Positions 38,161 through 49,546 are shown, numbered from the whole stretch's first letter. The stretch is DNA of 62,951 bases, filler included, from Octopus bimaculoides (GCF_001194135.2; 3 parts of 3 records of this genome joined end to end with filler, not necessarily neighbours in it), one strand, 5' to 3'. Notes: generated by a model not told the origin, from the letters alone. Translations and numbers: made by a program.

Positions 38161-39750
38161 TCACAACAAACATGATGAGGACAAATATCCGTCAAATGTA
38201 AATAATATTACACCTTTGTTAATTACAAGAACAGTTCATGATTCATTCTTCATCGTCACAGCCATTTCGTATTTTGCTTTCTTTCAAAAATACTTTGTTG
38301 TTATTGTTGAGGTCTTACTTCCAACTTTCCATGCTGGCATAGGTTGGATGAGTCATTGTCTCAGTTAACTCCCATTTGAGACTAAAGTCCTCCTAAATGA
38401 AATGGGCAACCATTTCTCACTCTTCTGTTTCATCTTTGGTTCGGGTTCTGTGGCCGGATCCCCTTCCTATCACCAACCACTTTACAAAGTCTGCTGGATA
38501 CATTTTACTATGCCCCAGAGAGGTTATCATGTCCTTGACAGGACAAAAACTAAAAGGTCCCTACTTGCTTGCCAACCACTTTACAGAGCATTTGGCTATA
38601 GTACCAGTGAGGTGGCCTTGACCCCTCCAAGACCAGTCTTAAAAGGTTGCATTTATTTTTAAAAATCCATCCTTCCTGAAAGTTCCTACCATTGCAAGTT
38701 ACTAGATACAGAGACACCTTTGAGAAAGAATCCTTCCAACATCCTAACAAAGTCAGATGGGTTGTTTTTTCTTTCTTTCTTTTTTTCTTTTAAAAACACA
38801 AAACAAAACGAAGAAACAAAACTATCTGTAAAGAAAATTTCTTCAATTATTTCTCTGACCCAAGTTCCATTGCAGCAGCAGCAGCAACACCATCAACAAC
38901 AACAGCAAACATAAATCTGTAATTTTTATTAGTTTCCTGGTTCAGGGGAAATTCTTGTTCTTACAATAATTACGCCATTACGGAAAGTGTCCCTTCAAGA
39001 CTTCAGGTTTTATGAAGCAAAGAACCGTTATTTTTCTGCTTTATTCTTCAAAAATAAAATATACATTTTAATTTTTATCTTATACACATACACACACAAC
39101 AATTCAAAGAATCTCTACCTTCATGTATTGTATTATAATATACACACTCAAGAATGAAAGAACATTTTGTTTTTGTTTTTTTTTTCTGTAGAAATTGGTA
39201 AATCGAATCAGTCTGATGTTGAATGTTGCCGATTATTTTAAAGTTTAGCGGCCAAAATTTTTCAGGGAAGCCTCTAGAATTACACCAGAATTTCATTGTT
39301 ATTCAATTATCGAATAAATGTTGTTTCTATTCTCTCTGCATGTTTTTCTTTCTTATTTTTTTTACTTTTTGGTAAATGCCAGGCCATTATATCTTAGGAT
39401 ATTAACCTATATTCTTCTTTTACACTTTTTTTTTTCTATCTTTTTTCCTTATTTTCGAAGATCCATTCTTGGAGATGATTTCCTTTGCCAGTTTCCATTA
39501 TAGTCATCCGTAATTAGAAAAAAAAAGAAGGAAAAAAGAAAAAAATCTTAAATTCCATTTTTTTCAGATTGTACAAGATTGTATTCTTGGAGCAGGTCTT
39601 CAAGGGCTGAACTATATTTCTTGGAGAGCACCATATTCCATTCAATGGAATGGTTATCTATGATTCTAACTGTACAATGGGAACAAGTCGAATCTATTGA
39701 ATCGTTCTGATTGAATTCCCCAGATTAATCCTAACACATCAAACATATCA

Positions 39751-39930
39751 TCCTCTCTTTCTTTCTCCTCTCTTTCTTTCTCCTCTCTTTCTTTCTCCTC
39801 TCTTTCTTTCTCCTCTCTTTCTTTCTCCTCTCTTTCTTTCTCCTCTCTTTCTTTCTCCTCTCTTTCTTTCTCCTCTCTTTCTTTCTCCTCTCTTTCTTTC
39901 TCCTCTCTTTCTTTCTCCTCTCTTTCTTTC
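39751..39930. repeat. Perfect 15-bp minisatellite x12 (TCCTCTCTTTCTTTC)
   Basis: Counted directly; pyrimidine tract continues to about 40095. Confidence 0.95.
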
Positions 39931-40114
39931 TCATTCTCCCTCTTTCTTCTCCCTCTCTTTCTTCTCCCTCTCTTTCTTTCTTCTCTCTCTATTTCCTCGA
40001 CCTCTCTATTTTCTTTCTCTATTCTTTTCTCTCTCTCTTCTCCTTTTCTTTCTTTCCCCCTCTTCCTTTTCTCTTCTCTCCTCCCCCCTCTCCCATCACT
40101 GAGATTTAATTCTT

Positions 40115-40460
40115 AGGTGTGGCTGGGTGATTAAATAGCTTGCTTTACAACTACATGGTTTCAGGTTCAGTCCCACAGTGCTTCACCTTGAGCAAGTGTC
40201 ATCTAATATAGCCTTGGGTCAGCCAAAGGCTTGCCACTGAATTTGATTGACAGAAACAGTGGAAACCCCCTTTCTTTTATGTGTGTGTGTGTGTGTGTGT
40301 GTGTACATTTGCCCCTCTACCTCACTGTTTGACAACTGGTGTTAATGTCCTCCTAAATTAGCAGTCCGGCAAAAGAAATTGATGGAATAAGTACCTGATG
40401 TTAAAAAATTAGTACTGGACTGACTTTATTTGATTATGGCCACTGAAACAAGTCAGTGAC
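40115..40460 (+). mobile_element. SINE-A (CpG-decayed)
   Basis: GTGGCTGGGTGATTAA...GGTTCAGTCCCAC...CACCTTGAGCAAGTGTC, (TG)n, tail A. Confidence 0.82.
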
Positions 40461-40684
40461 GAAAAATAAAGATCAGCAAAACTGTATTGTTCACTGAACC
40501 GATAGAATGAAAGATATTTTGAAAAACAAGTTTGTGAGGTGGTGAGTAGGGTTGGTGACAGGGAGAGCATCAGGCCATAGAAAATCTGCCTCAATAAACT
40601 CCATCTGACACACAGTAGCATGGTTGGAGAGTTTTCAATTGTTTTATTGGTCAGTTTGTCTGAAGCCTTCATTTTGACCATTAC

Positions 40685-40810
40685 CTGCATCTGTTCACTG
40701 ATGTATAACATGCTGTCCCATGTTAAACTTGTCATGGTTTGTAGGTTGTTTGTCTGGTTTATGGTGGTGACAGGTTGAGTTGATGAATGGAAATGTGTTC
40801 CTTGGTCTGC
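40685..40810 (-). other. Candidate 126-nt exon (open in phase 0; may contain a start codon)
   Basis: Acceptor GTTCTTTCTTCAG| and donor CAG|GTAATG; reads ADQG...QTMTSLTWDSMLYISEQMQ; no homology recognised. Confidence 0.4.
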
Positions 40811-40924
40811 CTGAAGAAAGAACTGACAATATCCATGAATAATTAACAGAAGATTTTATCATTGCACACAGAGTTTAACTGTCTAGGTCTTTTACAAATA
40901 ACAACAGCAATAATTATATACAGG

Positions 40925-41750
40925 GACCGAGACCTTTGGAGATATGCTGTGCTTGAGAAGACCTGTCAAGCCAAGTGAGACCAAAGCCTATGGCCTATGC
41001 CAGTGGGTGTAACCAGCCCACTTATGAATACCTCTCATTCATTGGACAATAAACCTTGCTTGTGAAGACCTATTGAGGCAAGTGAAATCGAAATCAAAAT
41101 CACTGACATGACCGATGACAGTACCACCTGATTGACACTCGTGCCAGTGGAATGTTAAAAGCACATCCGAACGTGGAGTGTAACTGGCCCACTTATGAGT
41201 ACCCTTCATTCATTGGACAATGAACTTTGCTTGCAAAGACCTATTGAGGCAAGTGTAAACAAATCAAAATCATTGACGTGGCCGGTGACAGTACTGCCTG
41301 ATTGGCACTTGTGCCTGTGGAACGTTAAAAGCACATCCGAATGTGATTGTTGCCAGGGCCACGGATTGGCTCCCGTGCCGGTGACTCATGAAAAGTACCA
41401 TTCGAGTGTGATCGTTGCCAGCGTCGCCTAACCAGCACATGTGCTGGTGGCATGCGAAAAGCAACATTCGAGCGTGGTCGTTGCCAGTGCCGCTGGACAG
41501 GCTCCCGTGCAAGTAGCACATAAAGACGCCTTTTGAGCATGGTCATTGCCAGAACTGCCTAACTGGGCTTCGTGCTGGTGTCACGTAAAAGCACCCACTA
41601 TACTCTCGGAGTGGTTGGTGTTAGGAAGGGCATCCAGCTGTAGAAACCTTGCCAGATCAGATTGAGCCTGGTGCAGCCTCTGGCTCACCAGTCCTCAGTC
41701 AAACCATCCAATCTATGCCAGCATGGTAAGTGGATGTTAAATGATGATGA
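40925..41750 (+). mobile_element. 5'-truncated RTE LINE: last 17 codons plus complete 3'UTR
   Basis: DRDLWRYAVLEKTCQAK* (stop 40976-40978), 171-bp duplication, about five 65-bp units, then the same tail as the other copies, ending GATGATGA. Confidence 0.88.
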
Positions 41751-42294
41751 GGGAGAGAAACATAGTGATTGGAGTTTATGTAAAGTTATTGCTGTGGTAA
41801 TATGCAGCTTGCCCAGCATAACTGCAAAGAATTGTGCTGTATTCATGGTGCCATCTGTCTTAGCCACCTTCCTGGGTCATCTGACTGGTAAAAATGCATG
41901 CCAAATGGGTTTTTACAGGGGACCAGAATTGAAATTCTAGGAAACCTGTCCATGCTATCACTTCACACTGATTGGTTGGTTAATGGACCAATCACATGAA
42001 ACTAAGGTGGTTACAACTCATCACATGCAGACCAAAAATTAATTTTAGTTCATCAGAGACTGACAAACAAGACCTTCGTTTCTTATTGATTTTTCACTGA
42101 ATGGCACTTTTGTTTCTTTTTAAATTCTATATTTGGCACTGTTTTAAAATGGTAAAGCTTAAACAAGAAATCTTTGGTCACGTAACAATGGTATCGAATA
42201 AATATGCTAAACTAATGCATTAGCTTTAACTTTAAGATTTGAATGAAATGTATCTTAATATAGGCATGTTCTTCCTTCCATTATACACACACAC

Positions 42295-42379
<85 letters not shown>

Positions 42380-42656
42380 ACATAAAATCTGTAATGACAT
42401 TGTTCCCAGTGGTACTTATCTTTCAACCTTTTAAGAACATTCTTGATATTTTCAGCTTCAGAATTCAATATCCTATTGTTTTTAATATTTTAACATGGAA
42501 TTCTGGATGATAATGATGCTATGCCATTCCTGTTGTAATATAATCTGGTTGAGTAATGTGTTAGGAAACTTCAAGAGGTGTGTGTGTGGTGGGGGGACTT
42601 CATGAAACTGTAATTGTATTTAATACAAAAAGAACAGAATAATTCTTGAGTTTTAC

Positions 42657-42767
42657 CAAATATAAGAATGATTGAATTAGTGAGATATGCTGGAATCTAT
42701 AATGGTAACTCTTTTCTTTCCAATTGTATTTTGTAATAAATAGCAGATGTTTTCTAGAAATATATGT
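42657..42767 (-). other. Candidate 111-nt exon
   Basis: Strong acceptor TTGTTTTTTCTTTCTTTTTTTCAG| and weaker donor TTG|GTAAAA; open in phase 0. Confidence 0.33.
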
Positions 42768-43454
42768 CTGAAAAAAAGAAAGAAAAAACAAAAATGGTCT
42801 TTACAGGAACAAAATGGCTGACTGGTCATTATTACTAAATATAGACAAAAAAAAAATCAGTTTTGATTGAGTCATCAAATTATCTCTTCTCCTACGCCAC
42901 CTTATCTCTCTTCTCATGTACTGTACCTGCCTTTCTCTCTTCTCTCCCTCCCACTCTTGTAACTTACCCAAATATAGTATCTGTCCTTTGTACTTCTGTC
43001 TACTGTATCATCATTATCATTCTGCTGTTCCATGCTGTCACTCATCTCCTACTCTGTCCTACCTCTCCCAGTCCGTGCATCAATAGTCCTACCTCACCCC
43101 TTACCCATCATTCATTACATCTACTCTTCAGTCTTTACAACTGTCACCTACCTGCTCTCCCCTCAGCCATTCCCCATCTCTCACCCCCACCCCCATATTC
43201 TCTTGCAACCTCCGCTCACACTCCTGGTCCCTCTTCTTTACTCATTTCTCCCCATCTTATACCTAATCTCATTCCTTCCTAGCTCCACCTGGTCACTCCC
43301 ACCCTCCTCCCTTCTGTGAACAGTCACATAGCCACTCTACAGCAAGACTCCTGTTGTTCTGGTCCTTTCCCTCACACTTTGATCTCTCCTCTCCTAGGAA
43401 AAATCTGCTTCTCTTGGGGTTTATAGTCTTGCAAGGTGCATGGTGACCTCACGA

Positions 43455-43910
43455 GAACTGGTGAAAAAGCACCGAGTATATTATGTAAAGTGGTTGGCAT
43501 CAGAAAGACCTGCAGCCATAGAAACTGTGCCAAAGCAGACATTGAACCATGATGCATTTTTCAGGCCCATTGGATTCTCTCAGACTGTCCATGCCAGCCT
43601 GGAACATTATCATCATCATCATTTGATGTCTGTTTTCCCTGCTGGCATGGGTTGGACAGTTTGACAGGGGCTGGCAAGGCTGGAGAGCTACACCAACCTC
43701 CAACTGTCTGTTTTGGCATGGTTTCTACAGCCGGATGATGCCTTCCCTAATGCCAACCACTTTACAGTATGTACTGTGTGTTTTTTTTTTTACCTGCACC
43801 AGTGCTCTATATGTGGCACCAACACCTGCACTTTATACATGGCATCAACATCAGCACTTTATGCATTGCACCAGCATGGGCTTTATAAGTGGCACCAGCA
43901 CGGAATGGAC
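43455..43910. mobile_element. Two RTE tail copies, tail-to-tail (+ 43455-43600; - 43612-43910)
   Basis: Both carry GTGGTTGGCAT and CATGCCAGC motifs in opposite orientation around (CAT)n. Confidence 0.82.
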
Positions 43911-44182
43911 ATTTAAAATGCTTACAATAATATGACTAAATCCTGTGAGTTGTTGGTAGACAACGAGATAAAATGGCAGAACAAATATAGTTTATGATGA
44001 AATGAAGCTACATCTTAGATGACTGAGTCACATAGATAAGATTAGGAAGGATCTTAAGGCAGGGAATACCAGTGTTAAGACAATGATGATGATGATGTAA
44101 TCTCCTGTCGAGAAATATTTACAGATTGATATAAAGTCTGTTAGTTCCAATCTGTGTTTGGATACAACAATAATTTACTTAC

Positions 44183-44300
44183 TGAGATACTCCATCTCTT
44201 ATCGTTATCAGGTGAACAATCTCCAGATAAATCCGACGGATTGGACAGCAAACACCGTCACTTGTCAATACGGATTTCTTTGAAAATTAAGCTCTTACAA
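44183..44300 (-). other. Candidate exon 3' end with donor (possible ATG GAG TAT CTC A|GTAAGT)
   Basis: GTAAGT at 44182-44177; ATG at 44195 in gagATGG context with upstream in-frame stops; unique CpG-retaining sequence; 5' boundary unknown. Confidence 0.33.
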
Positions 44301-44829
44301 GATTTTTTGTTCTTTTTCTTTTTCCACTTTCATCTGCATTTTCTTTTCTTTTTAGTTAAAAAGGATCCTAGCATATTTTCTATCAGCTAAAATGGTAAAT
44401 GCTTCTCTGTTGTTTTGGAATTTTTTTTTTCTTTTTAAAGCATTTTTATTCTTTATTTTCTGAGTCTGAAGGAAGCTATGATATCAATAAAATATAAAAG
44501 TATTTTTGAAAATCTCTCAGCTTATTGGGCAGAATTCTAATGTTTTCTGTTTCCAGTGCAGTCTGGAGTCCTTTGAGGTTTTTAGATTTCATCAAGTATT
44601 TATAGCAGACATATTGAAGAATTCTTTTCAAGTGCTTGAAGGAGAGGCTGTTTTTGCTTTAATATTCAGTTTCTATTTAAAAATGTTTTTTTTTTTACAA
44701 GAGAAATGAGCTTTTGTGACAGAAATAAATTCTCTCTCCCCTCTCTCACTCCCTTTCTTTCCTGCCCTCTCTCTCCTCTCTCTCTCTTTATCTCTTCCCC
44801 CTCACCCCCTTTTCCCCATCTCCCTCTTA

Positions 44830-45255
44830 TCATCATTTAATGTTTGCTTTTCCATGCTTGCATGGGTCAGGCAGGATTAATTGAAGCAGATTTTTTTTTA
44901 ATAGCTGGATGCCCTTCCTGCCACCAACCCTCACCTGTTTCCAAGCAAAGTGATATTTCCCCGTCACCAGACATGTTTTTGCAGAATACAGGAATTGAAC
45001 GACACTGCTTGTATGACAATGGTACTCCTCTACAACTTCAAGTGAGTTCAAGACAAGGAACACACACACACACACACACACACACATAGGATGGGCTTCT
45101 TTCAGTTTTCGTCTATTCCATCTACGAAACCACTCACAAAGCTTTGGTTGGTCTGAGGCTATAGTAGAAGACACTTGCCCAAGGTGTCACACAGCGGGAC
45201 TGAACCTGGAACCACTTGATTGGGAAGCAAGTTTCTTACCACACAGCCATGCCTG
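44830..45255 (-). mobile_element. SINE-A head with tail B
   Basis: Head 45085-45255, (CA)n hinge, tail GAGGGTTGGTGGCAGGAAGGGCATCCAGC...CCCATGCAAGCATGG. Confidence 0.85.
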
Positions 45256-45294
45256 TGCTTGTTCATACATTCAGGGTCTTCTTCATGTCACAGT

Positions 45295-45640
45295 CGTTCA
45301 TCGTTTAACATCTGCTCTCAATGCTAGCATGGGTTGGACAATTTGACTGAGGACTGGCAAACCAGATGGCTGCACCAGGTTCCAATCTGATCTGGCAGAG
45401 TTTCTACAGCTGGATGCCCTTCCTAATGCCAACCACTCCGAGAGTGTAGTGGGTGCTTTTACGTGCCACTGGCACGAGGGCCAGTCAGGCGGTACTGGCA
45501 ACGGCCACGCTCGAAATGGTGTTTCTTACGTGCCACCTGCACAGGAGCCAGTCCAGCAGCACTGGCAACGACCTTGCTCGAATGTTTTCTAACATGCCAC
45601 TGGCACAAGTGCCAGTAAGGCGACGCTAGTAACGATCACA
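45295..45640 (-). mobile_element. Young RTE 3'UTR copy with three 65-bp units
   Basis: Tail plus units with GCCAGT-N8-ACTGGC and GTGCC/GGCAC hairpins; CpGs retained. Confidence 0.9.
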
Positions 45641-45954
45641 CTCAAATGTTGTATAAATACCAATTAAACAAGTGCTGTTCACATAAACGACTGGTTTGTG
45701 TTCTACAAACCAGTTTCACGTTTTGTAAACAGAAACATTCTTCTTCTTCTTCTTGACAAACTTCAGTATTTCTGTAGTTTGTTTTGTTTGGTTGTTTACA
45801 TTTCAATTTTACTATTGACACTGAATTTAATGAATTATGTATGTTGCCAGAGGGTGGGAGATCCATTTTAAATATTCTTTGCTTTGTGGATCATGTTCTT
45901 TGTTTCCGATCTATATTTACACAGAGGTTAAATGTATAATTACCGTTTTGTTTT

Positions 45955-46320
45955 AAATTGTTCTTTTATTCATTTCAATCATTTGACTGTGGCCATGCTG
46001 GAGCACCGCCTTCAGTCGAGCAAATCGACCCCAGCACTTATTCTTTGTAAGCCTAGTAGTTATTCTGTCGGTCTCTTGCCGAACCGCTAAGTTACGGGGA
46101 CACAAACACACCAGCATCAGTTGTCAAATGCACACACACACACACATATATGATGGGCTTCTTTCAGTTTCCGTCTACCAAATCCATTCACAAGGCTTTG
46201 GTCAGCCCGAGGCTATAGTGGAAGACACTTGCCCAAGGTGCCACGCAGTGGGACTGAACCTGGAACTATGTGGTTGGTAAGCAAGCTACTTACCACACAG
46301 GTACTCCTGTGCCTATGTTC
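45955..46320 (-). mobile_element. Young SINE-A full copy
   Basis: Head, short (CA)n and tail A, with many CpGs intact. Confidence 0.92.
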
Positions 46321-46389
46321 TTTTTTCTTAAGATATTTTCTATTCTTTCTTCTCTCCCTCCCATCATCATCATTTATAAAGCACTTGTT

Positions 46390-46570
46390 CTGATGCCACA
46401 TAAAAAGCATGCTGTATCACTGTAAAGTGGTTGGCATTAGGAAGGATATCCAGTTGTAGAAATCACGCCAAAGCAGACAATTGGAGCCTGGTGCAGTCCT
46501 CTACTTTTGTCAGCTCCTGTCAACGTGTCCAACTCATGCCAGCATGGAAAATGGATGTTAAATGGCAATG
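46390..46570 (+). mobile_element. RTE-LINE 3' tail copy
   Basis: GTGGTTGGCATTAGGAAGG...CATGCCAGCATGGAAAATGGATGTTAAATG. Confidence 0.85.
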
Positions 46571-47186
46571 GTGACCCAAGCTGATTGAACAAATTATCGA
46601 GTTCACCTCCATCATCGCAGACAAACAGGGAAAATGAGAGGGATTTAGATTAATGAAATGATGACATAGAGGACAGGAGTAAAGGAGTAGGGAGATGAAG
46701 GAAGTGAAGAAAAATGATTGCATCTAAGGACTTATGGACTTACTTCTACACAATTGGGAAGTTGAACTGTGAACTTTTATGCTTCTTTTTTCTTTCTTCA
46801 TCTTCTTACTCCTTTTCTCTTGTCCTCTGTCATCATTTCATTGATCTATGCCCTTCTCATTTTCCCTATTTGTCTCCGATGATGGAATATCCCATACTCT
46901 GGGATATCCTAGAAACAACTACAAGACTTTGAATTTTTTTCCAATAATAACAACATATATGACTTGAGATGTTTGCCTTGCCTTAACATTTGTTGTCCTC
47001 TTTAACAATTATATATCCGCTATATCGGAAATCTGCAATGGCTCCACAACTACCATCTCAGCTATAACTTTGGAGCCCTTGTAATCTGTTACAGCACTTA
47101 GTTAGTGTACCTAATTGTTTAGATCACCTGTGAACTAAACACCCATATTTTGTGTGTGTGGATATACACACACACACACACACACA

Positions 47187-47404
47187 CAAGGGGGTACTGA
47201 AAAGTTCCTGGCTTTGGGTAAAAGAAAATACAGGAGGATCAGTAAATTATGATTTTATTCACCATATATCCCTCTCAGATTTACACACTTATTGCAGCAG
47301 TCCTTCAGTTTTTCAAAGCCCTGTAAAAGAACTTGGAAGGTTGGGCCTCGAATCAGGCCTTTTACAATACACTTAAAGCCAAGCACTTTTCCAGAACCCC
47401 CTTG
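47187..47404. mobile_element. mariner-like MITE (218 bp)
   Basis: Left CAAGGGGGTACTGAAAAGTTCCTGGCTTT versus right reverse complement CAAGGGGGTTCTGGAAAAGTGCTTGGCTTT (about 29-bp TIR); TA TSD not cleanly preserved. Confidence 0.8.
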
Positions 47405-48989
47405 TGTATGTGTGTATGTGTGTCTGTGTGTCTTTGTGTCCCTCCCCCCATCACTGCTTGATTAGTTCATGTCCCCATAACTTAGAAGTTCAGCAAAAGA
47501 CACTGATAGAATAAGGGATGTCCTTGTGACATTCACCCACCTTCCAATAAATCTACTGATGTGGAATGGAATCTGCCTCTCCACCCTCACCATTTCTTTT
47601 TAAATGGAACTTTAACATTTTGATGGAGCTTAGCTGAGGAGGAGAGTTTGTTACTGGTCCTTTCTGGCTTTTTAACCACTCATTCTGGTGAAACTCCCTA
47701 AATACACTGCCTATAGATGTTGAGGCTGGATATTAACGGCATCACTCTTGTCAGTCAGGGTCTGACTGCAGGGTTTATTGACACTTCATCACATCATCGA
47801 TTGAAAATGTCATGGGTACTGCATCATTGCCTCATCTTCATACATTTACTCCTACCAATCTGGGAGACAGGCCTACAAATGTCATGGGTGCTGTCCCTCC
47901 TTCACTAACTCCTAAAACTCAATTTACATCTGAACAGTTATGATTCAGAGAGAAGTTCTTCCCCACCACCAATCAATACAAATCTCTGAATTTGCAGTAA
48001 CATTCAACCCCAACAAAGAAACTTCTCGGTAGAAACATGCATAAATAACAGTACAAAGTGCCATCTACACACTTGGAGGTAGACGAATTTAAACTGATTA
48101 GCTGATTGCTCGTTAGTATTTTGATCACTACTACAGCAACTGATGACTGTGTATTAATTAATGTTTACTTTTGTCTTGTCTTCCACATTTTGTTTGTTAC
48201 TTGGCAAACTATTCTGGGTTTGTTGGCATCAAACAGACGGTGAAAGCCACTAATTTCATTTGTGAGATTCTCTTTCTCAAAGCAAAAAAAAAAAAGGGAG
48301 TCGTCAATGAAGACAGGGAGGTGTTTGGAGTTCAAACCAAAATGGTGAAGCTGCCAATCGAATGATTTAGCTTCAGGTTTGCGCCTTCCAGCAACTTCAA
48401 CAGACAAAAAAAAGTATTGGAAAGTATTTTCTGGAATATTTCACTCTTTATTACTTTCTCTTTCGGTCTCTTTTGTCTTCAGCTTTTCATAAAGAAAGAA
48501 AAGAAAGAAAAAAAATACATCTATATTTATAATTGTGTGTGCGTGTGTGTGTTGGAATGGGATGGTCGGTCGGTCGGTGGGGGGTGTCCAAATTTAAACA
48601 TTCTGCTCAAGTACTATCTATATTTAATTATTTGGCTAGATTCCCTTATTAATGTCAGCCAAAATAAGAATGCTGCTGCTGTTTATTAAACAGATGGAAC
48701 TGACGAAAGTATTATCTAGTGATAAACAATGATACCATACAGAGGTTTTGAACCCCTGACATCTGGCATCATAATTTAATTCAATGTTGTTGGACCAATT
48801 ATACAACTGATAATAGATCCTTTATTAACACACCAATCACTCCTGGACGGTTTAGTCTCTTTGAGGTGGTTGTTGCTGTGGTTCAGCTCAGGGTCAACTT
48901 TCATACAACAGACCTGTTAGCAAAGACATTCCATCTGTGGCCATCCTGTTGGGGTTTTTTTTTTTTTTTCATAGAAACACAAGCTCAGA

Positions 48990-49190
48990 CATGACTGTTG
49001 TAAGAGGTTTGCTTCTCAACCACATTGTTCTGGGTTCAGTATCCCTGCATGGCACCTTGGGCAAATATTTATTATAAATCCAGGCTGAGGGGCTATATTA
49101 GAGGACAAGGTTTTACTACACAGTGGGATTGAACCTGGAACCATGTGGTTGGGAAACAAACTTCTAACCGTGCAGCTATGTCAATGCGCG
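48990..49190. mobile_element. Two truncated SINE-A heads in convergent inverted orientation
   Basis: Plus head 48990-49075 and minus head 49105-49190. Confidence 0.78.
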
Positions 49191-49222
49191 TGCACACAGA
49201 CGTATAAGAAACACTAGGTGTG

Positions 49223-49273
<51 letters not shown>

Positions 49274-49289
49274 AACACTTTGTGTGTTC

Positions 49290-49498
49290 TTTTTCTTTTA
49301 TTCGTTTCAGCCATTTGACTGTGGCGATGCTGGGGCGTCAAGTAAATCGACCCCAGGACTTATTCTTTGTAAGTCTAGTACTTATTCTATCAGTCTCTTT
49401 TGCCTAACTGCTAAGTTACGGGGACATAAACACACCAGCATCAGTTGTCAAGCGATGTTGAGGGGACAAACATGGACACACAAACACACACACACATG

Positions 49499-49500
<2 letters not shown>
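49290..49500 (-). mobile_element. SINE-A tail A
   Basis: CAGCCATTTGACTGTGGCGATGCTGGGG...AAATCGACCCCAGGACTTATTCTTTGTAAG. Confidence 0.85.
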
Positions 49501-49534
<34 letters not shown>

Positions 49535-49546
49535 ATATATATATAC

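Larger units (their letters stand above)
37835..38210 (+). mobile_element. SINE-H: tRNA-derived head plus hammerhead-bearing tail, preceded by an inverted copy of the tail
   Basis: A box TGGCATAGTGG and B-box-like GAGTTCAATT at 37982-38035; (AAT)n spacer; tail 38113-38206 is the reverse complement of about 37880-37977. Confidence 0.85.

Noticed and set aside
39192-39197. 6-nt microexon TAG|AAATTG|GTAAAT
   Set aside because: Long T-runs in this region create many pseudo-acceptors.
39731-39934. (RRKKE)n protein ORF
   Set aside because: Arises from the 15-bp minisatellite; no supporting splice or start context.
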